A DNA stretch of 64,000 nucleotides from Candidatus Bathyarchaeota archaeon (GTDB lineage Archaea > Thermoproteota > Bathyarchaeia > Bathyarchaeales > Bathycorpusculaceae): contig CAWGYA010000008.1 in NCBI GenBank assembly GCA_963826715.1, forward strand, positions 736,001 to 800,000, read 5' to 3'. Below, piece after piece: positions 1 through 9,491 of the stretch. Each line of letters starts with the position of its first letter. Positions within the stretch are counted from its first letter, which is position 1. A program made the position numbers and the translations under genes. The notes beneath the pieces are model-generated. The model was given only the letters and a program-made list of their open reading frames with translations. It had not been told where the DNA came from and did not search any database.

Positions 1-129
1 CTTACCTTGCAACCGAAGATTCCTCTGAAATCGTTCTTACACGCCCAAAAGAGAAAGATCTTTTTCGATAGAATCAGAAAGTTCAAAAACCCCGAGTTAC
101 ACATTGCAGAAAGCCACGGATTGAAAAAA

Positions 130-465
130 ATGGAAGCTAAAGTACAAACTCCACAGGAATTTTTTGAAAAAGTCTTACCTACTAGATTTAACCCAGAAAA
201 AGCCAAGGGCATCAATGTTGTGGCTCAGATTAAAATTTCTGGCCCCGAGGGTGGCAGCTGGGTAATTACCGTAAAGGATAAAAAAATCGCGGTTGTGGAG
301 GGTGAGGCTGAATCCCCAAATTTAACATTGAAGATGAGCCTAACGGATTTTATGGATATGGTCAATGGAAAACTTAGTGCGGAGAAGGCTTTTTTCACGG
401 GAAGAGTCCAATTCAATGGCAACCTTGCTGTTGCTTTGAAGCTTCGAGAAGCAGGCTTCCTCTAG
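130..465 (+). CDS. SCP2 sterol/lipid-binding domain protein
   Basis: SCP2 pattern 'GPEGGSWVITVKDKKI...NLTLKMSLTDFMDMVNGKLSAEKAFFTGRVQFNGN'. ATG at 130 preferred over the TTG at 7 in the ORF track. Confidence 0.8.
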   Translation: MEAKVQTPQEFFEKVLPTRFNPEKAKGINVVAQIKISGPEGGSWVITVKDKKIAVVEGEAESPNLTLKMSLTDFMDMVNGKLSAEKAFFTGRVQFNGNLAVALKLREAGFL

Positions 466-1609
466 CTACTTGAAGGAGAATTTGATTAAATATGGCGTTA
501 TAAACGCAGTAATCATTGTAGCGACGCCGATTATAGGTAATACAAAATCGCTTATCGCGCCTATGTCCTGTCCAGTTTTGGCAACAATGAAAGCGAACTC
601 GCCTATCTGCGCCATACCAAGCCCAACCCTCAGCGAAGTCTTTTTGTCGTAGCCGAATACCCGAGTTCCAAAGCCACAGCTAGCCAATTTGGTCAGTAGG
701 ACAGCCAAAGTTATGAGAACAGCCGGTATCCAGTAGGTGGATATCTGGGTGATATCCATCAGGGCCCCATGGAAACGAAAAAGATGGCTCCGAAAACGAT
801 TTTGAAAGGATCTATTTGACGGTTAATTTCTTCTCTGCGGCGTGATCGGGCGACGACAACTCCAATTATGAAGGCGCCGATGGCTGCGGAGAAGCCGATT
901 TGTGTTGCCATTATGGCGAAAGCAAAACATACTCCTAGCATCAAAATGTAGAGTAACTCCTGCTTTTCCACTTGGGCGAAGCGGTCAATTAGCTTAGGTA
1001 TCAAAAAACCGCCGACAACCAGGGTGCCGCCTATGAAAACAACTAGTTTAGTTACAAGCCACACGGTGGAAGTTATGGAAAAGGCTTGGGCGATAGCGAG
1101 GTTCTGGAGCATAGCAAGCAAAATCACCACAAACACATCCTCAACTACCAGTATTCCAAGCATTATGGTGGAGGATATCTCTTTGAGTCTCCCTGTGTCT
1201 CCCAGAACCTTGGCTATTATGGTTGTGCTGCTGCTTGCAAGGGCCGCCCCCAAAAAGAGGGTATTATAGAATCCCCAATTCAAAAAAGAGCCTAATGCCC
1301 AGCTTATAATAAGCATCAAGGCAATTTCGATTGCTGAAACTCCTATGACAACACTCCCATTGATTTGAGTTTGCGAATGGGGAATTCAAGACCAATGGTG
1401 AAAAGGAGCAGCACAACGCCGATTTCTGCGAAAACATTTATGAAATCGACGTTTCTGACAAGATTGAGCATATAGGGACCGATAAGGACACTTGCGATTA
1501 AATAGCCTATTATCAGAGGCTGTCGTAGCTTATGGAATATGAAGGCCACTATTGACGCAATTACCATCAAGACAGCAAGGTCACTTATAACTTGAATCTC
1601 AAAGCTCAT
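466..1609 (-). pseudogene. Cation:proton antiporter (CPA2/Kef-type) split by two frameshifts
   Basis: Three collinear ORFs (1343-1609, 759-1319, 466-759) carry consecutive CPA2 motifs: 'AEIGVVLLLFTIGLEF', 'SSTTIIAKVL..GILVVED', 'AQIGEFAFIVA'. Adding one base at ~1357 and one at ~766 restores a single frame. Confidence 0.8.
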
Positions 1610-2024
1610 CTCATCTTTGATAATCTTTTTGAGTAATAAGGTTAAGCTTTATCTATCAATATTGTAACAGTTTTCAGGCAAATCGGCACCTGTATCTTCT
1701 TGAGTATTTTGGCTTGGAACTTGTTCTAACATATCGCTAATTTTAAATACACCTCCATTATACGGGTTTCACATTACCTGGTGTCCTATGAGTGCTGGTT
1801 GCTCTAAACGTCCACCACTATGATTTGCTAGAGATGAGTTCTTCAGCAGTAATTGAATCATCCCTAAAAGGCAACACAAGCAATCAAAAACTCGTTTCTC
1901 AAGCTAATTTTCTAAACATAAATCCTCCCGATTTTAAGCTATCTAAGATAAGTTTTATCCAACATTTTGAAGGAATTTAGCTGAATCCCCTTAAATATCC
2001 AAACACCTTGACAAGGAATAATTT

Positions 2025-3149
2025 ATGGAAAAAAATGATGCCGCCCGACTTGAATATAATGATGAAATGAAAGCCCATGGGGCTCTTTCTCTCTTAGATT
2101 GTGCAACCCCACGTGTACCTTCCATAACGCCGGAGCTTTTTTTTGAAAGCAAAATTGCCCGCGATCGTAGCAAGCCCCTAGATGAGCGTCTGGAGTGCTT
2201 TGAGATTATTTTTGACTCGGAAGTAGGAGATACTAGTCTCACTCGTGCACGTAACATAGAGCGGGAAGTTGGGCTCCGCCAGATTTACCTCAAATTCGAA
2301 GGAGGCAATCCTACCGGAACCCAAAAAGATCGTATCGCCTTCACCCAAGCCCTTGACGCTCTTCGTCGAGGCTACAGCGAAATTACAGTTGCTTCTTGTG
2401 GTAACTACGGTTCAGCCATCGCACTTGCGGCTTATCTATCTGGTTTGCACTGTCTGATCTACATTCCAGAGGGTTATCATGTTAACCGGGTCAAGGAAAT
2501 TAAAGAGTTGGGCGCCGAGTTGATTAAGGTCCCAGGCGATTACGAGGAAGCCGTGACGGTTTCTCGCCAGAAAGCCGATGAAAACGGTTATTATGACGCT
2601 AACTCAGGTGGATCCAATACCAACCTACAGTTTAAAACGTACGGCGAGATAGCCTACGAAATATATGATGAACTCCGAGACGCACCTGCAGCTGTGGCAG
2701 TACCCGCCTCTAATGGCTCCACTCTAGCCGGTATCTATCGCGGCTTTGTCAGCCTTTACAATCGAGGGAAAACCTCGCGCATACCCCGCATCATCGCTGG
2801 TTCATCTTACGGCATGAACCCAATCATAAACGCCTTCGTCAAAAATATGACTAATTGCTGTGACTTGAATCCAGATAAAATACGCAATACCTCCATTAAT
2901 GAGCCACTGATAAATTGGCGCTCCATTGATGGCGACTATGCTTTAGCTGCAATAAGGCAAAGTCATGGGTGGGCAGCTTACGCCACTGATAAAAGTATGC
3001 TGGATTATTCCCGTTTAATTCGAGATAAAGAAGGCTTAAATGTGCTTCCCGCATCCACTGCAGGACTAATTGCCCTACTTGATAGGCATAAAAAGGAAGC
3101 GTACCCCAGTGACCGTTACGTCGTCATTTTGACAGGACGAAAAGCATGA
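2025..3149 (+). CDS. PLP-dependent fold-type II enzyme (threonine synthase/dehydratase-like), paralogue 1
   Basis: 'LKFEGGNPTGTQKDR' (PLP lysine), 'ASCGNYG', 'VPASNGSTLAG', C-terminal 'VVILTG'. Confidence 0.85.
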   Translation: MEKNDAARLEYNDEMKAHGALSLLDCATPRVPSITPELFFESKIARDRSKPLDERLECFEIIFDSEVGDTSLTRARNIEREVGLRQIYLKFEGGNPTGTQKDRIAFTQALDALRRGYSEITVASCGNYGSAIALAAYLSGLHCLIYIPEGYHVNRVKEIKELGAELIKVPGDYEEAVTVSRQKADENGYYDANSGGSNTNLQFKTYGEIAYEIYDELRDAPAAVAVPASNGSTLAGIYRGFVSLYNRGKTSRIPRIIAGSSYGMNPIINAFVKNMTNCCDLNPDKIRNTSINEPLINWRSIDGDYALAAIRQSHGWAAYATDKSMLDYSRLIRDKEGLNVLPASTAGLIALLDRHKKEAYPSDRYVVILTGRKA

Positions 3150-4210
3150 GCAATTTACAAGAAAAAGAAAAAGCAGTCGTGTACTGTGACAGAGAATACC
3201 TTAACGCAAACGGCAAAACAGCCCATGGCTTAGTCCGCTATACCACACGCTACCAAATAGTTGGCGTCGTTGATTCCACTGTGTCTTCGGTTGGTGATGC
3301 AGGGGAAATTCTAGACGGCAAACCCCGTGGTATCCCTATGTTTCAAAGTTTAGAGGAAGCCTGCAAAAAAACAAAACCAGAAACATTCATCGTCGGAGCA
3401 GTCTCCGAAGGCGGTATCTTGCCTGACGGTTATGATGAAGCGGTGGTTTATGCTTTAGAAAATCGGTTAAATGTGGTTTCAGGTCTGCATCAGTTTATTT
3501 CAGATAACCCATACTTCACCTCAATAGCCCAAAAAAACAACTGCAAAATTGTGGATGTCCGCAAAATGTTCCGCGACCACAAACGCTTCTATACAGGCGA
3601 AATCAGCGAGGTTGGCTCAACTCGTATAGCGGTTTTAGGTACCGACTCCGCCATTGGCAAACGCACAACTGCAGTGATGATAGTTAATGAACTGCGCAGA
3701 CGAAATCGCAAAGCCGACATGATATACACTGGACAGACAGGTTGGATGCAGGGTTGGCCGCATGGAGCCATCATTGACGCGATGATTAACGATTTTGTTT
3801 CAGGCGGAATCGAAGGCGCTATTCTTGATTCATGGCGAGATGCGCAACCTGAATTTATGCTAATAGAAGGACAAGGCAGTTTGCTGCACCCGTTTTTTCC
3901 AGGCGGTTTTGAAATCATGGCGGCAGGACAAGTCCACGGCTTCACCATGCAAGACGCACCCGGACGCCCCAGCCTCGATGGATTTCCAGATTATCCGATG
4001 CCTGAAACGCGACGTGTTGTCCAATTAGCTAAGCTTTTGTCAGGAAAACCCCTCATCGGCATAAGCCTCAACCATGAACATATGACACAAGAAGCAGTTA
4101 AAATTGCCAAATCTGCAATGAACAAAAAGTATCATGTGCCCGTGGAAGACCCCGTGTTTGATGGCGTAGCAAAACTTACCGATGCAGTTGAGAAACTCCG
4201 AGATGGGTGA
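3146..4210 (+). CDS. DUF1611 family protein (DgcN-like, P-loop fold)
   Basis: 'GKTAHGLVRY', 'VVSGLHQF', 'GTDSAIGKRTT', 'TGQTG', 'IEGQGSLLHP'. ATGA overlap with the upstream gene. Confidence 0.85.
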   Translation: MSNLQEKEKAVVYCDREYLNANGKTAHGLVRYTTRYQIVGVVDSTVSSVGDAGEILDGKPRGIPMFQSLEEACKKTKPETFIVGAVSEGGILPDGYDEAVVYALENRLNVVSGLHQFISDNPYFTSIAQKNNCKIVDVRKMFRDHKRFYTGEISEVGSTRIAVLGTDSAIGKRTTAVMIVNELRRRNRKADMIYTGQTGWMQGWPHGAIIDAMINDFVSGGIEGAILDSWRDAQPEFMLIEGQGSLLHPFFPGGFEIMAAGQVHGFTMQDAPGRPSLDGFPDYPMPETRRVVQLAKLLSGKPLIGISLNHEHMTQEAVKIAKSAMNKKYHVPVEDPVFDGVAKLTDAVEKLRDG

Positions 4211-5654
4211 TAAAACGAATCTTTTATGCTTCACTAACATTGCAATCTCCGAGCCCCAGATTAACGGCAACTCCGTTAGCTCTCAAGTGGTCTGCGAAGA
4301 TTTGAGTGGTGACCAATCCAGTTTTAATCTAAAAGCAACGTACCCCGCCGTTCTGTCTGTGGATGATTTGCCTTTTCTGCGATTAGCCTCAACTATGCCA
4401 CTGCTCAACTATGGGTTATTCACAGATGAAATCCGCCTAAACTTTCCTGTAAGCCAATCGGATTACTCTTTGCTAAAAGACCTCTTAGATATTTTCAGCC
4501 GCGATATTTTCATCAACAAGTTGGCGCGGAAAAAAAACCCCTACATCCTACCCCAGTATACTCTAACCGAACAGGATGTAACTGAAGAGAACGCTAAGCC
4601 ACGGGCAAAAATAACCCCAAAAAAACTCACCGCAGACTTACCGCTATTAGTTGGGGGTGACTCAAACTCTTGCGGAGTGCTCTCCAGTGGTGGCAAAGAA
4701 AGTCTCCTGACATATGCCCTGCTGAAGGAAATCGGGGCCAAAGTCTACCCTCTCTACATCAACGAAAGTGGCGGACACTGGCGCACGGCGCTTGCAGCCT
4801 ACCGACACCACGCCAAAACTGAACCTAACACAGGGCGTGTCTGGCTTAACGTGGACCGCTTCTACACCTTTATGCTTGACCATTTACGTATAATTCGCTC
4901 TGACCACCGAAAAGTGTGGCTTGACACTTACCCCCTCAGACTCTGCATATTTCCAGTTTACGTCTTCTATCTCATGCCCGTTTTTGCCGCCAAAAAAATT
5001 GGTAACCTGCTCATTGGGAGCGAATTCGACGACCCTCGCCCCTCTACCATCTATTGTGGAATAAAACACTACTACGGCGTCTATGACCAAACTCAAGACT
5101 ACGATTTGCGCATGGAGCAATGGTTTCAAAAAAGAATGCCAACAATGAGGCAGTGGAGTGTGGTTCGCCCAGTTTCAGGTTTAATTGTAGAGCGTATCTT
5201 AACTCGGCGTTACCCCAAACTTGCCAGTTGTCAACGTAGCTGTCACAGCTGCCGTCTTCAAAGCGGAGACATCCTGCCATGTGGCGAATGTAGCAAATGC
5301 TTGGCCATCCAACTGTTTCTGAAAGCCAACGGCGTTGACCCCGCCCTCATTAGCTACACCAAAAAAGACGCCGCGCTTTTTCCCGTGCGATTTGCCAAGT
5401 GTGGGTTGCGACTTGATCAAGACGAAAAAGAACATGCTGCATATTTGGCAGGCGAAAATGGTATAGCAATAACTGGCAGAGAACATCCTCATGTCGAGTC
5501 AATTCATCTCTACAAGGAAACTGGCGATTTGCAGCTTGTTCCCGCACAGTTTCGTCAGAGTCTGCTTAACATAATCAAGCAATACACTAGCGGCTACACC
5601 ATGTTATCGGGTTACGATTGGGTTTCAGCTACTGAACTCCATCTATCGCCTTAA
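4203..5654 (+). CDS. PP-loop adenine-nucleotide alpha-hydrolase-like protein with Cys/Zn motif (QueC/MurL-like)
   Basis: 'LSSGGKESLL' PP-loop and 'SCHSC...PCGECSKC'. ATG at 4203 overlaps the DUF1611 stop. Confidence 0.7.
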   Translation: MGDKTNLLCFTNIAISEPQINGNSVSSQVVCEDLSGDQSSFNLKATYPAVLSVDDLPFLRLASTMPLLNYGLFTDEIRLNFPVSQSDYSLLKDLLDIFSRDIFINKLARKKNPYILPQYTLTEQDVTEENAKPRAKITPKKLTADLPLLVGGDSNSCGVLSSGGKESLLTYALLKEIGAKVYPLYINESGGHWRTALAAYRHHAKTEPNTGRVWLNVDRFYTFMLDHLRIIRSDHRKVWLDTYPLRLCIFPVYVFYLMPVFAAKKIGNLLIGSEFDDPRPSTIYCGIKHYYGVYDQTQDYDLRMEQWFQKRMPTMRQWSVVRPVSGLIVERILTRRYPKLASCQRSCHSCRLQSGDILPCGECSKCLAIQLFLKANGVDPALISYTKKDAALFPVRFAKCGLRLDQDEKEHAAYLAGENGIAITGREHPHVESIHLYKETGDLQLVPAQFRQSLLNIIKQYTSGYTMLSGYDWVSATELHLSP

Positions 5655-6123
5655 TCATGCGGACAGCGTTACAGGTGCCATGATGCTCAAATCTGTAGAA
5701 GACCCCCAGCCGCTTTTTCTGTTTGTACCCTGCTTTCTGGTAAAGCTCAATAGCAGCTTCATTACCCTCCGAGACCTCCAACTGCGAAAACTTTAGCCCG
5801 TGACTCTTTATGTCTTCTTCTGCTGCCAACAGAAGCTTGAGCCCTATTCCCTGACTCTGAAAAGCTGGGTCAACATCCAAGGTTTCCAAATATCCTATCT
5901 GTGTGCCTCTTCGATAAAGAACAATAATGAATCCTATTACGCCATCCGAATTGCTTTCTACGATGCTTGTGCTGTTTGCTTTCAAGATTAGGTATTCAAG
6001 TTGTCGTTTAGAATACGCAGTGGCTCCATGGAAGCATTTTTTCTCAATCTCTGCTATGCCATCAACATCGTTGGAATTCGCTTTGCGGGTGAATGAGGGT
6101 TTATTCTTTTCCACAGGTTTCAA
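5629..6123 (-). CDS. GNAT family N-acetyltransferase (RimI-like)
   Basis: Acetyl-CoA loop 'VDPAFQSQGIGLKLL' and 'LEVSEGNEAAIELYQKAGY'. Confidence 0.85.
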   Translation of the reverse strand: MKPVEKNKPSFTRKANSNDVDGIAEIEKKCFHGATAYSKRQLEYLILKANSTSIVESNSDGVIGFIIVLYRRGTQIGYLETLDVDPAFQSQGIGLKLLLAAEEDIKSHGLKFSQLEVSEGNEAAIELYQKAGYKQKKRLGVFYRFEHHGTCNAVRMIKAIDGVQ

Positions 6124-6213
6124 CTATGAATACAACATTCAAGTATTCAAAAGGAAAAACATTTCGACTTGCCCAGTAAGTGTTGATTAGACGAATCTTT
6201 TATTTATGCGTTA

Positions 6214-7197
6214 ATGATTGGATGGTTGGGTTATCCAGAAGGGAAATTGGTGAAGAAAGCAGTTAAAGATTATGAATTTACGGAGAAAATGACTGTAAAT
6301 GAGCTTGTCGAGCAGATGGGTGAGGCATGGGGGTTCACCGCGGGCAAACTATCTGTGGGTGTTGGCATCCTTGAAGACATGATTAAGAGTAAGGGATGCG
6401 TCAAGTTTCTCTCGTTTACTGCCGACATAATCGCCACTGGCACCCGAGGTGTCATCCGCGAACTCGTTAAACGCAAACTCGTGGACATAATCATAACCAC
6501 CTGTGGCACCCTAGACCATGACCTTGCAAGATGCCACAGAGACTACTACCACGGAAGCTTCGTCATGAACGACACTAAACTGCATCAGCAAGGCCTCAAC
6601 CGTCTCGGCAACGTGCTGGTGCCCAACGATAGTTACGGTGTCATCATCGAAAAGAAAATTCAAGCCATGCTTACCGACCTCTACACTGAAGGTAAACGCG
6701 AACTATCTACAACAGAGCTTTCTCGCGAAATCGGGTTACGATGTTGCAATGAAACTTCCATCCTCTATTGGGCAGCCAAAAACAATATCCCCCTCCATGT
6801 ACCCGGAATAACAGACGGCGCGGTCGGGTACCAACTATGGATATTTAGCCAAGACCATAAGGACTTTCGCGTAAACCTGCTCAAAGACGAGGGGCAACTA
6901 AGCGATCTAATGTTTGACACAAAAATAACAGGTGCTCTCATAGTCGGTGGTGGCATCAGCAAACACCATACGATTTGGTGGAACCAATTCAAAGACGGTT
7001 TAGACTACGTCGTCTACATTAGCACAGCGGACGAATGGGATGGCAGCCTCAGCGGCGCTCGACCACGCGAAGCGGTATCGTGGGGTAAAATCAGCGAAAA
7101 AGCCAAGTGCATCATGATAGAAGGCGATGCTACAATGGTGCTCCCAGTGATGACTAGCGCGTTAATAGATAGACTTAGCTCTCACCCAAAATACTAA
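6214..7197 (+). CDS. dys: Deoxyhypusine synthase, archaeal type
   Basis: 'GITDGAVG', 'GGGISKHH', 'WDGSLSGARPREAVSWGKI' with the active-site Lys. The true start may be the TTG/GTG near 6247-6250. Confidence 0.9.
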   Translation: MIGWLGYPEGKLVKKAVKDYEFTEKMTVNELVEQMGEAWGFTAGKLSVGVGILEDMIKSKGCVKFLSFTADIIATGTRGVIRELVKRKLVDIIITTCGTLDHDLARCHRDYYHGSFVMNDTKLHQQGLNRLGNVLVPNDSYGVIIEKKIQAMLTDLYTEGKRELSTTELSREIGLRCCNETSILYWAAKNNIPLHVPGITDGAVGYQLWIFSQDHKDFRVNLLKDEGQLSDLMFDTKITGALIVGGGISKHHTIWWNQFKDGLDYVVYISTADEWDGSLSGARPREAVSWGKISEKAKCIMIEGDATMVLPVMTSALIDRLSSHPKY

Positions 7198-7230
7198 TAA
7201 TCACGCTTTAATACGATAAAACAAGGAATA

Positions 7231-8376
7231 TTGATGGAAGAAAGAGACAAGGGCATTCAAAGTCACAGTCTCAATAAAACCCCCATTGAACAATCAATCA
7301 TTAACGGTTCCTTTTCTCTAATGGATGGGGCCAGCGCTCAGATACCTGTAATTACACCTGAAATATCTCAACTGAGCAAGATAGCATCTGATAAAAGTCG
7401 ATCGATAGAGGAGCGCTTAGAGAGTTTTGAGATAATTCTTGACTCAGAAGTTGGTGATACCAATCTCACTAGGGGGAAGAATATTGAAAGAGAAATCGGG
7501 CTTAGGCAGATATATTTGAAGTTTGAGGGTGGAAACCCCACTGGCACGCAAAAAGATCGAATCGCATTTGCCCAAGCTTTGGATGCACTTCGAAGAGGCT
7601 TTAACGAAATCACAGTAGCCTCATGCGGCAACTACGGCGCCGCTGTATCACTTGCAGCTTCCCTTTCTGGACTCCGCTGCTTGGTCTACATTCCCCAGAC
7701 CTATCACACGCGTAGAATTAAAGAGATGACTGATTTCGGTGCTGAAATTATTAGGGTCCCGGGAAGTTATGAAGACGCCGTAAATGCTTCTCGGCAAGAT
7801 GCAGAAAAAAAAGGTTACTACGATGCCAACCCAGGAGGTGCTAACACTAACATTCAATTGAAAGCGTACGGCGAAATAGCCTACGAAATTTACGATGAAC
7901 TTCGTGACGCTCCGGCTGTCGTAGCTGTTCCAGTTTCGAATGGATCTACTTTAGCTGGTATCCATAGGGGCTTCGTAAGTCTCTACAATCGCGGAAAGAC
8001 CTCGCGTATTCCACGCTTTGTTGCTGGATCTTCCTTGGGAATGAACCCAATAGTGCAAGCTTTTGTTAAAAACACGTCTTATTGTGCCGACTTAAAGCCT
8101 GAAAAAATCAGAAATACATCCGTCAATGAACCGTTGGTTAATTGGCGATCAATAGACGGTGAAATTGCTCTATCGACTATAAGGCAGACGCGTGGATGGG
8201 CCGCTTTCGCAACAGATAAGAGCATGCAAGACTATGCACGTTTGATTAGAGAGCAAGAAGGTTTAAGTGTGCTACCCGCTTCAACTGCTGGACTTATAGC
8301 ACTTCTGGATAGACATAAAAAGGAACCTTTCCTAGGCGATCGCTATGTCGTTATATTAACGGGAAGAAAAGCGTGA
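7231..8376 (+). CDS. PLP-dependent fold-type II enzyme, paralogue 2
   Basis: Same motifs as 2025-3149 ('LKFEGGNPTGTQKDR', 'ASCGNYG') and the identical C-terminus 'DRYVVILTGRKA'. Confidence 0.85.
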   Translation: MMEERDKGIQSHSLNKTPIEQSIINGSFSLMDGASAQIPVITPEISQLSKIASDKSRSIEERLESFEIILDSEVGDTNLTRGKNIEREIGLRQIYLKFEGGNPTGTQKDRIAFAQALDALRRGFNEITVASCGNYGAAVSLAASLSGLRCLVYIPQTYHTRRIKEMTDFGAEIIRVPGSYEDAVNASRQDAEKKGYYDANPGGANTNIQLKAYGEIAYEIYDELRDAPAVVAVPVSNGSTLAGIHRGFVSLYNRGKTSRIPRFVAGSSLGMNPIVQAFVKNTSYCADLKPEKIRNTSVNEPLVNWRSIDGEIALSTIRQTRGWAAFATDKSMQDYARLIREQEGLSVLPASTAGLIALLDRHKKEPFLGDRYVVILTGRKA

Positions 8377-8423
8377 TACCGACTTTTGGGTTGACAGTTG
8401 ATATGAATTGGAGTTATAATTAA

Positions 8424-9491
8424 ATGAAGATAATTCGGGCAGATGCAATACCAGTTGAGTTGGAGTTAAAGGAACCTTTTGCAATTGCTAACGAAACAAT
8501 TGAGGTTGCCGATAATATATTTATACGTTTGGAGACTGAACACGGCCTAATAGGCTGGGGCTGTTCAACCCCGGATATGGTGACCTCTGAAACAAAAGAA
8601 ACAGTGCTAAAGAGTTTTGAAATTGCAAAAAGATATGTTATCGGTTGTGACCCAACAAGAATTAATCTTGTGAATTACGCGTTGGAAAATGATCTTCATG
8701 GCAACCCGTCTCTGAAAGCGAGTGTAAATATGGCTTTGTACGATCTTATCGGAAAAATGGCGGGTATGCCTTTATTCAGGTTATTAGGTGCTTATAGAGA
8801 AAAAATAGAAACATCTGTAACAATAGGATTGAATCCCACAGATTTGATGGTAAAGAAAGCTAAACAGATAGTCTCTGATGGCTTTAAAATAATTAAAATA
8901 AAATGTGGAATTAACCTTGAGAAAGACATAGAGACTATCCTTGCCATTCGAGAAGCGGTTGGTTCAACAATAAAGTTGAGACTTGATGCCAATGAGGGCT
9001 ATTCAGTAGAAGAAGCGCTCAGAATGATAAAAGCTATAGAGGAAAAAGGTGCCGATATAGAGCTGTTGGAACAGCCAACTAAAGCAAGTCACCTTTATTC
9101 CCTGAAGGAAGTTACACACCAAAGCCCCGTTCCAATAATGGCTGATGAAACCGCATTGACTTTAAGAGACAGTGTGAAGCTCTTGAAGCATGAAATTGCA
9201 GACATGATTAACATAAAGTTGATGAAAATTGGTGGGCTAACAAATGCCATTAAAGCTAATGTGCTTGCTGATCTAGCAGGTGTTCCTATTATGGTGGGAT
9301 GCATGAACGAATCAATGGCTGCTATGTCGGCGGGCGTCCACTTTGCTTGCGCTTTTAGAAATGTGCAGTATGCAGATTTAGATTCAGCATTAGACTTTGT
9401 TAACGACGTCGCTAAAGGCGGTGCAAGATATGAAAAAGGCTTCGTGATTCCTTCAGAAAAACCGGGATTAGGCGTCGATGTCCAACTTTGA
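8424..9491 (+). CDS. Dipeptide epimerase, enolase superfamily (L-Ala-D/L-Glu epimerase / DgcA-like)
   Basis: 'KIKCG', 'RLDANEGY', 'EQP', 'MADE', 'INIKLMKIGG', 'GCMNES', 'DLD'. Confidence 0.9.
   Translation: MKIIRADAIPVELELKEPFAIANETIEVADNIFIRLETEHGLIGWGCSTPDMVTSETKETVLKSFEIAKRYVIGCDPTRINLVNYALENDLHGNPSLKASVNMALYDLIGKMAGMPLFRLLGAYREKIETSVTIGLNPTDLMVKKAKQIVSDGFKIIKIKCGINLEKDIETILAIREAVGSTIKLRLDANEGYSVEEALRMIKAIEEKGADIELLEQPTKASHLYSLKEVTHQSPVPIMADETALTLRDSVKLLKHEIADMINIKLMKIGGLTNAIKANVLADLAGVPIMVGCMNESMAAMSAGVHFACAFRNVQYADLDSALDFVNDVAKGGARYEKGFVIPSEKPGLGVDVQL

Noticed and set aside
759-761. TGA after 'SMGP' as possible selenocysteine or readthrough
   Set aside because: Homology continues in a different frame, so this is a frameshift rather than recoding.
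1610-2000. 390-bp spacer with a 62-aa ORF (1792-1980)
   Set aside because: No recognisable product, and the other frames are interrupted by stops.
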